Of a DNA stretch of 32,000 nt, positions 1 to 9,200 are shown in pieces. The translations under genes and the position numbers were made by a program. The notes beneath the pieces are model-generated. The model was not told where the DNA came from. It ran no database searches and saw only the letters and a program-made list of their open reading frames with translations. The stretch comes from Neisseria sp. DTU_2020_1000833_1_SI_GRL_NUU_006 (GTDB taxonomy: Bacteria; Pseudomonadota; Gammaproteobacteria; Burkholderiales; Neisseriaceae). The DNA lies in the NCBI GenBank assembly GCA_032388755.1, contig CP135593.1, positions 476,530 to 508,529 on the forward strand, written 5' to 3'. Every line of letters starts with the position of its first letter. The stretch's first letter is position 1.

Positions 1-505
1 TATTTCCCCCATCTAACAAGTCAAACAACCCGGTCTCAACATCCATACTGGTTCGTAGCAGGAACTCTTTGGGATAAGGATTGAGTTTCAGGTAACCTTT
101 GACTTCAATAATAAGTTTGTTGTGTAAAGCATCATCATCATCGTCTACGGTATTCACGATAACTTGCAGGGTTTTGCTTTCGAGGCGTGGTTCGAAATCG
201 ATGATGGCTTGTTTGATATTTTGTTCTACATCCTGCCATTCTATGTCGGAGAAATTCACTCCCGACAGGGGCGGAATGCCGTAATTGAGTGTGGACGAGC
301 GCACATTAACAGGCAGATCTTTCTCCATGGTTTCCACTTGCATGTTGCAGGTATTCAGCAAGTAAAGAATATCGCGCAGCACTGCCTGCCGATATTGGTC
401 AAGATTGATGACCTGATCGGGGCGTGCCTCTTTTTTTTTGCGCGGCTCTTCATCTGTCAGTCTGTCAAACAAAGAAGGCAGCAGTTGGTTTCTGAATTGC
501 GACAT
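1..505 (-). CDS. tssE: T6SS baseplate protein TssE (gp25/GPW-like), C-terminal end beyond window
   Basis: Absent from the ORF track because it runs off the left edge. The reverse complement from the ATG at 505-503 reads without stops: MSQFRNQLLPSLFDRLTDEEPRKKKEARPDQVINLDQYRQAVLRDILYLLNTCN...AIIDFEPRLES...LLRTSMDVETGLFDLLDGG. This is the typical TssE pattern (DRL, RDIxxLLNT, FEPRL). It lies directly after tagJ, as in H1-type clusters. Confidence 0.85.
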   Translation of the reverse strand, partial: MSQFRNQLLPSLFDRLTDEEPRKKKEARPDQVINLDQYRQAVLRDILYLLNTCNMQVETMEKDLPVNVRSSTLNYGIPPLSGVNFSDIEWQDVEQNIKQAIIDFEPRLESKTLQVIVNTVDDDDDALHNKLIIEVKGYLKLNPYPKEFLLRTSMDVETGLFDLLDGGN

Positions 506-538
506 GATGGATTGCGAGAGTCGGAGGATGGATAAGGT

Positions 539-1354
539 TTAACGCTGTTGTCCGAATTTAATATTGCGAATATCCAAGAGACCAAAATCATGGCTGTCGG
601 TATACAGGGTTTTTTGACCCATGCCTGTAAAGAGCTGTTCGGCTACTTCTATCCAGTCTGTTTGCGAACAGTTCATCAACATATCCGACCATTCGGTTTC
701 TGCATCCGGCAAAACGGCATAGCGGGCAGGACTGGTACATTGGATGCATTCGCCGTCGGTAAATTTGATTTCAGACGACCTCCAGATGATGTCGAGCAAC
801 GAGCTTGGTGCTTTGAAAGCTATACTTTCAATAGAGTCCCAAGTTTGCCAATAGTAGTGGCCTTGATAGAAGAATTCATAAACAAAAGCAGTACGTACAT
901 CGCCGTCCATAATCCAGTCGCTGTCGGTTTCAGCAACCGATTTATCTGCCAGAATATAAGTGATGTGCGCTGGTGTACCGTCGATACAGTCGGATAAGGC
1001 TTCGTAGTCGGCAGTGAGAGCAGAGCTTTTTTTCTCTGCAACATGAGCAACTAAAGAGAGTTGTTTTTGAAGAATATCGAGTTTGCTTGCGTGCTGTTCC
1101 AGAGTTTTAGGTTTCTGCTGTGTTTCCAAAACTGCCTGGCGATGCATTTCAGCAGAAATGTTTTCAATAAGGTAGAGCATCAGGGGCTTTTGAGTATCGG
1201 GAAACAGTTTTTGGTATTGCCCGATTTGCTTTAAAGCCTGTTCCCATTTGGCACTCAGACAGAGGTATTGAATCAATGCCAAACGATGTTCCTGATTGTC
1301 AGGATTTGAACGTACAAGCTCAATCATGTCCGTTAATTTAGTCTTCAAATCCAT
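539..1354 (-). CDS. tagJ: T6SS accessory protein TagJ (ImpE family)
   Basis: 271 aa. The N-terminus is TPR-like (LALIQYLCLSAKWEQALKQIGQYQKLFPD). Size and position between hcp and tssE match ImpE/TagJ in H1-type T6SS loci. Confidence 0.75.
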   Translation of the reverse strand: MDLKTKLTDMIELVRSNPDNQEHRLALIQYLCLSAKWEQALKQIGQYQKLFPDTQKPLMLYLIENISAEMHRQAVLETQQKPKTLEQHASKLDILQKQLSLVAHVAEKKSSALTADYEALSDCIDGTPAHITYILADKSVAETDSDWIMDGDVRTAFVYEFFYQGHYYWQTWDSIESIAFKAPSSLLDIIWRSSEIKFTDGECIQCTSPARYAVLPDAETEWSDMLMNCSQTDWIEVAEQLFTGMGQKTLYTDSHDFGLLDIRNIKFGQQR

Positions 1355-1452
1355 CCCAGCAACTCCTTATTTATTTGTATAAAGTGTGTAATAGTCGAAA
1401 CCCGATTAACTTTTCAGGAGGAAAGAGGTCGTCTGAAAAGTAAATTTATTGT

Positions 1453-1487
1453 AATAAAACCTGACTTAAAACGCCTTTTAAGCCAGG
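1453..1487 (-). terminator. Intrinsic terminator/attenuator hairpin downstream of hcp
   Basis: The minus-strand transcript reads CCUGGCUUAAAA-GGCG-UUUUAAGUCAGG (12-bp stem with one G.U) followed by UUUUAUU. It lies 27 nt after the hcp stop. Confidence 0.5.
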
Positions 1488-1513
1488 CTTCTGCAGTTAA
1501 ATGCGCATAGTGG

Positions 1514-1996
1514 TTATGCGGATTTGTTTTCTTTGATGTTGAAGGCCATTTGAACTTCAGCGCCTTTAGAACCTTTATCGGTTTGTTCCCAATATTGGTT
1601 TTTCACTTTGGCAGCTTGGAATGAGTAACGCATTTTCAGCTCATCGCTGTTTTGTACACCGATGAATTTCACGCCGGTTACCAAGACATCTTCCAAAGTG
1701 GTGCGCGAATATTCGATTTGTTCGCCACCGGCTTTGCATACGGAAATTTCTACTTTGCTCAAGTGTTGGCCGGTAGCACAGTTTTTCAGAATGGTCGGAG
1801 CGGCTTTATCAATAGCGGCAACTACGGTCAAGTCATTGAAATTGACTTTACCGGCACCACCGCCACCACCGCTGGTCATCGAACCGGGTTGCTCGGCACC
1901 CCAGTCAAAACTTTCGATGTTGGTCCAGTCTTTGTGGTTGGAATCTTTTGATTCTCCGTTAACACCTTCAACTTTCATGAACATATCAATAGCCAT
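1514..1996 (-). CDS. hcp: T6SS tube protein Hcp (TssD)
   Basis: 160 aa, MAIDMFMKVEGVNGESKDSNHKDWTNIESFDWG...: the canonical Hcp N-terminus, with typical size and context after tssBC. Confidence 0.95.
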   Translation of the reverse strand: MAIDMFMKVEGVNGESKDSNHKDWTNIESFDWGAEQPGSMTSGGGGGAGKVNFNDLTVVAAIDKAAPTILKNCATGQHLSKVEISVCKAGGEQIEYSRTTLEDVLVTGVKFIGVQNSDELKMRYSFQAAKVKNQYWEQTDKGSKGAEVQMAFNIKENKSA

Positions 1997-2084
1997 GTTT
2001 TTACTCTCCTTGTTAAAAGGTTAAAAAAATTAAGGGATTTAACAACAGGGCATGAACATGCCCACCTAAATAAACCAAACCCGA

Positions 2085-3584
2085 CTATTCCTGTTTAGCC
2101 GAAGGCAGTTTGGAAACCAAGCGCAATGAAACGGTAAGGCCTTCGAGTTGGTAGTGCGGGCGCAGGAAGAATTTGGAAGTGTAATATCCGGGATTGTCTT
2201 CAACTTCTTCCACAACCACTTCAGCAGCGGCCAACGGTTTACGGGCTTTTGTTTCTTGAGTGGAGTTAATCGGGTCTCCATCTACATAATTCATAATCCA
2301 TTCGTTTAACCAACGTTCCATGTCTTCACGCTCGCGGAACGAACCGACTTTGTCGCGTACGATACATTTCAGATAGTGCGCGAAACGACAGCACGCAAAC
2401 AGGTAAGGCAGACGTGCAGACAAACGGGCGTTGGCGGTAGCATCAGGATCATAATATTCAGACGGTTTATGCAGCGATTGAGCACCAATAAACGCGGCCA
2501 AGTCGGTATTTTTACGGTGAATCAACGGCATGAATCCCAATGCTGCCAATTCGGCCTCGCGGCGGTCACTGATGGCGATTTCGGTTGGACATTTCATATC
2601 CACGCCTCCGTCATCCGTCGGGAATGTGTGGCAGGGAAGGTTTTCAACGATACCGCCGGATTCCACGCCGCGGATTGAGGTACACCAACCATAGTATTTG
2701 AATGAACGGTTAATATTTACCGCCATTGCATAAGCCGCATTAGCCCATGTGTATTTGTTGTGATCCGCGCCTTCAGTTTCTTCTTCGAAGTCAAACTCAT
2801 CAACAGGGTTCGTTGTGGCACCGTAAGGCAGACGGGATAAGAAACGTGGCAGAGCCAAACCGATATAACGCGAATCTTCGGAATCACGCAGGCTGCGCCA
2901 TGGGGCATATTCGGCATTTTGGAAAATTTTGCTCAAATCACGAGGATTGGCCAACTCTTGCCAAGATTCCATCTGCATCAGTTTGGGGGATGCGCCGGCG
3001 ATGAACGGACAGTGTGCGGCGGCGGCAATTTTTTCAAGGCTATTGAGCATTTCCACATCGGGTGCAGAGTGATCAAAATAGTAGTCGCCAATCAAACAGC
3101 CGAAAGGCTCGCCACCAAACTGGCCGTATTCTTCTTCATAAATACGTTTGAATAGGGGGCTTTGATCCCAAGCGGTACCTTTGAAGCGTTTTAAGTTACG
3201 TGCAACTTCTTTTTTGGAGATGGGCAATACTTTGATTTTCAACAAAGTATCAGTTTCGGTATTGGTAACCAAATGATGCAGGCCGCGCCATTCGCCTTCC
3301 AGCTTTTGGAAATCTTCATGATGCAGAATCAAATTGATCTGTTCGGAAAGTTTTCTGTCGATCTCTGCAATAATCGCTTCGATGGTTTGATAAGTGTCGT
3401 CTGAAATAGTAATGGCGTTTTGCAAAGCTTGCTGTGCCAGTGTCGCTACGGCATTATTGACAGCACTTTTGGCTTCTTCAGTTTTGGGTTTGAATTCTTT
3501 TTGCAGCAGCTGTTCAAATTCATTTGCGGCAAACACACTTTTCGCGCCGCCGTCCCCTTGGATGTCTAATTGCTTTTCAATCAT
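2085..3584 (-). CDS. tssC: T6SS contractile sheath large subunit TssC (VipB)
   Basis: 499 aa with strong TssC-like sequence throughout (..LPISKKEVARNL..GEPFGCLIGDYYF..LPRFLSRLPYG..). Immediately downstream of tssB. Confidence 0.95.
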   Translation of the reverse strand: MIEKQLDIQGDGGAKSVFAANEFEQLLQKEFKPKTEEAKSAVNNAVATLAQQALQNAITISDDTYQTIEAIIAEIDRKLSEQINLILHHEDFQKLEGEWRGLHHLVTNTETDTLLKIKVLPISKKEVARNLKRFKGTAWDQSPLFKRIYEEEYGQFGGEPFGCLIGDYYFDHSAPDVEMLNSLEKIAAAAHCPFIAGASPKLMQMESWQELANPRDLSKIFQNAEYAPWRSLRDSEDSRYIGLALPRFLSRLPYGATTNPVDEFDFEEETEGADHNKYTWANAAYAMAVNINRSFKYYGWCTSIRGVESGGIVENLPCHTFPTDDGGVDMKCPTEIAISDRREAELAALGFMPLIHRKNTDLAAFIGAQSLHKPSEYYDPDATANARLSARLPYLFACCRFAHYLKCIVRDKVGSFREREDMERWLNEWIMNYVDGDPINSTQETKARKPLAAAEVVVEEVEDNPGYYTSKFFLRPHYQLEGLTVSLRLVSKLPSAKQE

Positions 3585-3617
3585 GATTCACGCTCACTTT
3601 ATTGATTTCATCTGAAA

Positions 3618-4142
3618 TTACTGCTCGTCTTTGGTTGTTGCTTTAGGTGCGGCTGCAAGGCTTTTCAGCAGCTCACTGTCTCCCAAGACTTTTCCGATTA
3701 ATTCTTCAGCACCGCTCTTACCATCCATATATGAAAGCAGGTTGGCAAGCTCTGTACGCGCTTGCAGGAGTTCGTTTAAAGGACCTACTTTTTTGGCTAT
3801 TGCTGCCGGAGAGAAATCATCCATGCTTTCCAATTCAAGCTCTACATTCAAGTTGCCTTCCCCGGTAAGCGTGTTTTTGACATTAAATGCGACACGCGGT
3901 TTGAGGGCTTTCATGCGTTCATCGAAATTATCTACGTCAATTTCCAAAAATTTACGTTCGGCTAATTCAGGTAGCGGCTCTACGGGTTTACCGACCAAAT
4001 CTGCCATCACACCCATAACGAATGGAAGCTCAATTTTTTTCTCAGAACCGTAAAGTTCTACATCGTACTCAATCTGTACGCGAGGCGCCCGGTTGCGGGC
4101 AATAAATTTTTGTCCGGATGATTTGTTTCGTGACATATTCAA
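3618..4142 (-). CDS. tssB: T6SS contractile sheath small subunit TssB (VipA)
   Basis: 174 aa; RAPRVQIEYDVELYGSEKKIELPFVMGVMADLVGK is the TssB signature region. Confidence 0.95.
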   Translation of the reverse strand: MNMSRNKSSGQKFIARNRAPRVQIEYDVELYGSEKKIELPFVMGVMADLVGKPVEPLPELAERKFLEIDVDNFDERMKALKPRVAFNVKNTLTGEGNLNVELELESMDDFSPAAIAKKVGPLNELLQARTELANLLSYMDGKSGAEELIGKVLGDSELLKSLAAAPKATTKDEQ

Positions 4143-4204
4143 TGACCTTTAAATGATAAAAGTTGTTTATTTAAACGAACTTTAAATATTGCGGATAGAC
4201 TAGC

Positions 4205-5272
4205 TTATTCGTTGGAAGTTCCCGTTTCTTCGTCCTGCTTCCCGATCAAAACTTCCAGATTGGCAATGCTTTCAGGACTGATATCTTTCATGATGTCGTA
4301 GAAGTTCATATTCATTTGCCGCTGTACCCTGCGGATAAATAGTGGGGCAGGGTGGCTGGGTTCCAGCGTTTCAAAGTAAATGCAGATTTTTTCCAAAGCC
4401 AAATCGACATCAGCACGATTTTTGATATTCAGACGACGCCAAGCATCCGCTTCTTGCAGGGTTGATGGCTCTTGGGCAACGGTCGAAACGGATGTTTCAA
4501 CAGGCTGTTCTGTTTGTTCTGCCTGTTGCAGCTGCGGGGTGCTTCCATCCTTGTAATTGACGGCTTTGTGAATGAGGGTAAGCGGCTTTTGAATCACCTC
4601 GAAATTAAGCGAATGTTCGTCTTGCAGCTGCGTTGAGAAAGTGTTTTGAATATCTTTCAGATAATCCAATGCTTGGATCAAGGCAATCAATTCCGGTTTG
4701 CCGGTGTCAGCGCTTACCCTGATGTCGAGCATCAATCGCTCTTTACCACCCGGATAGCTTTGCGGATCATTGCCTTGCAAGACAGAAACTGCTTCTTTGA
4801 CGGTAATAGGCTGTTGGGTCAGACCGTTTACTAATAACTTGGCTGAAAATACTTCTTTGGCGATGCCATCAAGTGTCGTGAATGCACTTAATGCATTGAT
4901 TCGATAAAACGGGTCGGGTTCGCCGTCCTCATCTTCGAGTTTGGGATATAGGGATTTCCAATATAAATCCACATTGGTTTTGATGGCCTCGCAGCCGGTG
5001 CAAAAGCCAACCAACCCGTGTTTTGCGGTAAGAGCCTGTGTGTAATAGGCTAAAACATGGAGGTCTTTTGATTCAGCCAGCAGTTGATTGCATAGCTTCT
5101 CTACTGTAACCCAATCAGGTTCTTCCGCAGGGATGATGGTGTCGCCATATTGTCTTTCCGGCTTTCCTTCCGCTGCACTTTGAAGTTCTAAAAAGCGGCT
5201 ATCGTATTCAATATTTACCCCTTCAGGGGTGTCGGCGGAAATTGGTTCAGCCCATAGGGGAAATGTACTCAT
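4205..5272 (-). CDS. tssA: T6SS protein TssA (ImpA N-terminal domain)
   Basis: 355 aa. ImpA_N-like N-terminus (EPISADTPEGVNIEYDSRFLELQSAAEGKPE...EPDWVTVEKLCNQLLAESKDLHVLAYYTQAL). Located upstream of tssB. Confidence 0.85.
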   Translation of the reverse strand: MSTFPLWAEPISADTPEGVNIEYDSRFLELQSAAEGKPERQYGDTIIPAEEPDWVTVEKLCNQLLAESKDLHVLAYYTQALTAKHGLVGFCTGCEAIKTNVDLYWKSLYPKLEDEDGEPDPFYRINALSAFTTLDGIAKEVFSAKLLVNGLTQQPITVKEAVSVLQGNDPQSYPGGKERLMLDIRVSADTGKPELIALIQALDYLKDIQNTFSTQLQDEHSLNFEVIQKPLTLIHKAVNYKDGSTPQLQQAEQTEQPVETSVSTVAQEPSTLQEADAWRRLNIKNRADVDLALEKICIYFETLEPSHPAPLFIRRVQRQMNMNFYDIMKDISPESIANLEVLIGKQDEETGTSNE

Positions 5273-5276
5273 TTAC

Positions 5277-5837
5277 TTATAATCCAAATATTTTATTGAA
5301 CAGGGAACATGTCGGCTCCCCGTCTCTTTCTATATGGTTACCACTTTCGCATTCCATCCAAAAGCTACCGATGTTATCTGTTTTGGATAAAAAAATGAGG
5401 AAAGATTCAGATAATGGATTGCTAGGTTTGTGAATTGTATCTAAGCAATCTTTTAAAACACATTTACCATTAATCAATGTTTGGTTAAAAAAATCTATAT
5501 TTTTGTAAAAAAAATTAATAGATTTTAACTGTTCGGAAGGAGTATAAAGCTTTTGAAATAATACAAAGGGATATTGCCGACCTGTTTGGTCCGAACTAAG
5601 GGCTGTTATACCAGTATAGGTAATGTTGTCAGGCAGTTTAATACAAAACAGCCAAATACGAGATGCGAAAAACGCCTTTCGGATAAATGGAATTAACTTA
5701 TCTTGGTTGGTGCAACGATCAAACCATCCATCCCAAAAATTTTTATCGTTAGCTTGGAGATTTTCAGAAACAATAAAATCACGAGATTGATTTAGCTTTC
5801 CGAAAAAGTAGGTTTCTATTTGCCGCATAAATAACAA
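5277..5837 (-). CDS. tagF: T6SS-associated protein TagF (DUF2094-like)
   Basis: 186 aa. Motifs FFGKLNQSRDF, WDGWF, RIWLF and SSDQTGRQYPFVLF parallel TagF (GKLPxxGDF, WDxW, IWRF, D.VGR.FPL). First gene of the minus-strand operon. Confidence 0.7.
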   Translation of the reverse strand: MLFMRQIETYFFGKLNQSRDFIVSENLQANDKNFWDGWFDRCTNQDKLIPFIRKAFFASRIWLFCIKLPDNITYTGITALSSDQTGRQYPFVLFQKLYTPSEQLKSINFFYKNIDFFNQTLINGKCVLKDCLDTIHKPSNPLSESFLIFLSKTDNIGSFWMECESGNHIERDGEPTCSLFNKIFGL

Positions 5838-6202
5838 TCACATGATGTAAAATTAACAAAAGATAAAGTTACTTAAGGTATTGGTTATGCTGCCTCAAAC
5901 ATATCCAATATGCCTGCTGTATATATACTTTACCATAATTTTGGTTTATGTATTAATATATTTTTTATTCGCTAAAATAATAAGTAAGGTAAATATTTTA
6001 TGTTATTAGTATATTTACGGAACATTTATTGTAAATTTAGTATCTTAAGATACAATGTATTTACAGTTTGTTATTTGTTATAATTTTGTTGTAATGCTAT
6101 TTCGAAACAGTCAGAATTATTTTGACTTAGTGTCTTAAGTCTCTAAAATATCTTAGTTTTTAATTTCAAAAGCAATAGAATCTCGACGGAGGGAGTAAGT
6201 GC
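5838..6202. promoter_or_regulatory. AT-rich divergent control region between the T6SS operon and rhs
   Basis: 365 bp without ORFs and visibly very AT-rich. Contains a perfect 14-bp palindrome GTATCTTAAGATAC (6040-6053), an inverted repeat GACTTA-N6-TAAGTC (6124-6141) and a third CTTAAG at ~5873. Confidence 0.6.
6122..6149 (+). promoter_or_regulatory. Candidate sigma70 promoter for rhs
   Basis: TTGACT (6122-6127), 16-nt spacer, TAAAAT (6144-6149). It sits ~55 nt upstream of the rhs ATG, which has a GGAGGGA Shine-Dalgarno. The spacer overlaps the GACTTA/TAAGTC inverted repeat. Confidence 0.35.
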
Positions 6203-9200
6203 ATGGCCTCTTTCGGTAACACTTTTGGTGTTCTCATTCCTAAACCAGCCGCACCAGCCATGGTGTCTCAAGGCTCTGCCAATCCACCTGAGCCGCTGAC
6301 CAATGCAGCCGGGCCGGTGGATGTGATAGAAATGGTTGCCGATGTTGCTTCCACTGCCCTTTCCATAGTTGCGCCTGATTCTGCTGCAGCCGATGCAGTT
6401 GATGCCATATCTGATTTGGTTTCTCTTGCGTCTATGATACCCGGTCAACCGGGCCCCAAACCCCCTTCCCGTAAAATGGTCAGCGGTTTTAGCGGCGGCA
6501 TGGGTATGGGCTTCGATGGTGGGATAGTTACCTCAGGTCATGGCCACTGTATTCCTTGTAAGGTAGCTGCTGCCACAAATGTTGGTAACCCTGTAAATGC
6601 AGTGCTCGGTATCAAAGTCCTATTTGACGATACCGAGACCGACTTTGCTTTCGATTCCCCACTTCCCCTCGTTTGGCAGCGCAGCTACTATTCCGACCAA
6701 ATAGGCAACGGCTGGTTGGGGCAGGGTTGGTCGCTGCCGTTCTCCATGCGTCTTGTCCGTACTGCCGACGGATTCCTTTATATTGATGAACAGGGCAGGG
6801 AAATTCCGTTGCCGGATATCAGCGACGAAGCGGACGAGCCTTATTCCGCAGCCGACGACGATGAAGACGATTTATATGAAGAAGAGGCTGCCCCAAGACC
6901 TGCTTCCGCCGAAGAAGATCCCTACGGTCTGGATGACGCCTATTTCGATCCTTACGAACAAATCTTCTTTTCACAGATTTCAGACGACCTCTACCAAATC
7001 GCCTCCCCCGACGGCGGCGCACGGCTACTGTTTGCCGAAGTCGATTCCGGCTGCGGCATTTACCAACTGGTCGCACAACTCGACCGCAACGGCCGCCATA
7101 TCCGCCTCTGCTACGACGACAACGGACTGCCGCACAGCATCTACGACGGCAGCGGCCGACACTTCCGACCCGTATTCTCCTCCATCCGTCTGAACGACAA
7201 CGATCCCGACTTCGACCCGGCCGGAGAACGGGACGTCTTCGTTTCCGAAGACGAGCGTTTCTACGACAACCGCCTCACTTCCGTCATCTTCAATGGTAAG
7301 GAACTGGTGCGCTACGACTACGACGGCTACGGCGATTTGACCGCCGTTTACGGACGCGACGGCAAAAAACTGCGCGGTTTCGCCTACCGCAACCACATCA
7401 TGGTCGAACACAGCCAGCCCGACGGACTGGTGTCCCGCTACGAATACGACCGTTATGACACCGACGGCAAAGTGCTCAAGAGCAGCAACAACCTCGGCGA
7501 AGAATGGACGTTCGACTACCGTAAAGACCATACCGTCGTTACCGACGCATTGGGACGGACGGAAGTGTATGGTTTCGACGAAAACCGCGAACTCGTCTAC
7601 CGCATCGACGCCGACGGACAGCGCAGCGACAGCGAACGCGACAGCTACGGCCGCATCACCGTAGAACGCGACCCGCTCGGACGCGAAACCCGCTATCTCT
7701 ACGATACCGAAGGCAACGTCATCGCCATCACCGCGCCGGACGGCAGCAGCACCCAAATCGACTACCACGAAACCCTCAACCTGCCGGTTGCCGTCAACGA
7801 TCCCGCAGGCAGGATTACCGCCTACACCTACGACGGACGCGGCAACCTCGTCAGCATCACCGACCCCGCCGGTTACACCACCAGCTACGGCTACAACGCC
7901 CAATGGCTGCCCGAAACCATTACCGACGCCTTAGGCAAAACCCGACACCTACACTACGACACCCTCGACCAACTCGTCTGCTTTACCGACTGTACCGGCG
8001 AAACCACCCGTTTCGGTTACACCGAATACGGCGATCTCGAAACCGTTACCGATGCACTGGGCCATATCACCCGCCACCATTACGACGCAGCGGGCAACCC
8101 CGTCCGTACCGACTATCCCGACGGCAGTCACGAAACCTTCGAATACGACCGCCTCAACCGACTGACCGCCTACATCGACGGACTCGGCGCCAAAACCGCC
8201 TACGAACTCGCAGTGGACGGACTGCCGCTCAAACGCACCAACGCGTTGGGCCATACCTTCGCCTACGCCTACGACAAAGCCCGCCGTTTGACCGTCCTCA
8301 CCAATGAAAACGGCGAAACCTACCGTCTCGATTACGACCCGACCGACAACTTGATCCAAGAAACCGGCTGGGACGGCAAAATCACCGCCTACGGCTACGA
8401 TGCCGCCGGACAACTGGTTCAACAGACCGAATACGGCCAAAGTCATAATGAAGGCCGTCTGAAAGACCGTCCCGAGACTTGGCACATCCACCGATTCAAA
8501 CGCAACATTCTCGGCCAACTGATCCAAAAACAAAGCCGCAAAGTGTCCCACAAAAACGGACAAAGCAAAGACGAAGGCATCAGCCGCACCCGTTTCGACT
8601 ACGACCCCATTACCGGCAACCTGACCAAAGCCCGCAACCGACACAGCAGCGTCGAACTTGCCTACGACGAACTCGACCGCCTCATCGGCGAAACCACCGT
8701 CCACAACGGCCAAAGTGCCACCGTAGGCTACCGATACGACCCGTTGGGCAACCGCATCCGCACCATCCTGCCCGACGGCCGCCATATCGATTACCTGTAC
8801 TACGGCAGCGGACACCTGCACCAAATCAGCCTCGACGGCGAAGTCATAACCGACATCGAACGCGACAAACTGCACCGCGAAATCCAAAGGACGCAGGGCA
8901 GCATCAGCAGCCTGTACGACTACGACCCCATGGGTCGTCTGAAAAGCCAGCGTACCGTCCGGAGCGGCACACAAACACCCCGCGGCAAACAAAACCCGTT
9001 GGCCGGCGGCGCCGTCAACCGCCGCTACGCCTACGACAAAGCCGGCAACCTGATTCAAAGCGCCGACCAAAGAAGCGGCGTCCTCCATTACGTTTACGAC
9101 AAAATCGGACGCATTCAAGAAGCCCGCAACAGCCAAACCGGCCGCAGCGAAACCTTCGCCTTCGACCCCGCCCACAACATCCTCGACATCCCAACATCTA

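Noticed and set aside
99-535. Plus-strand ORFs 99-284 and 164-535
   Set aside because: They lie antisense to a clean TssE reading frame that the track omitted only because it runs off the window edge.
6560-6590. The GHGHCIPC segment as a cryptic PAAR/zinc site in the Rhs N-terminus
   Set aside because: It is too short and lacks the surrounding PAAR repeats. It cannot be supported from sequence alone and is left as an open question.
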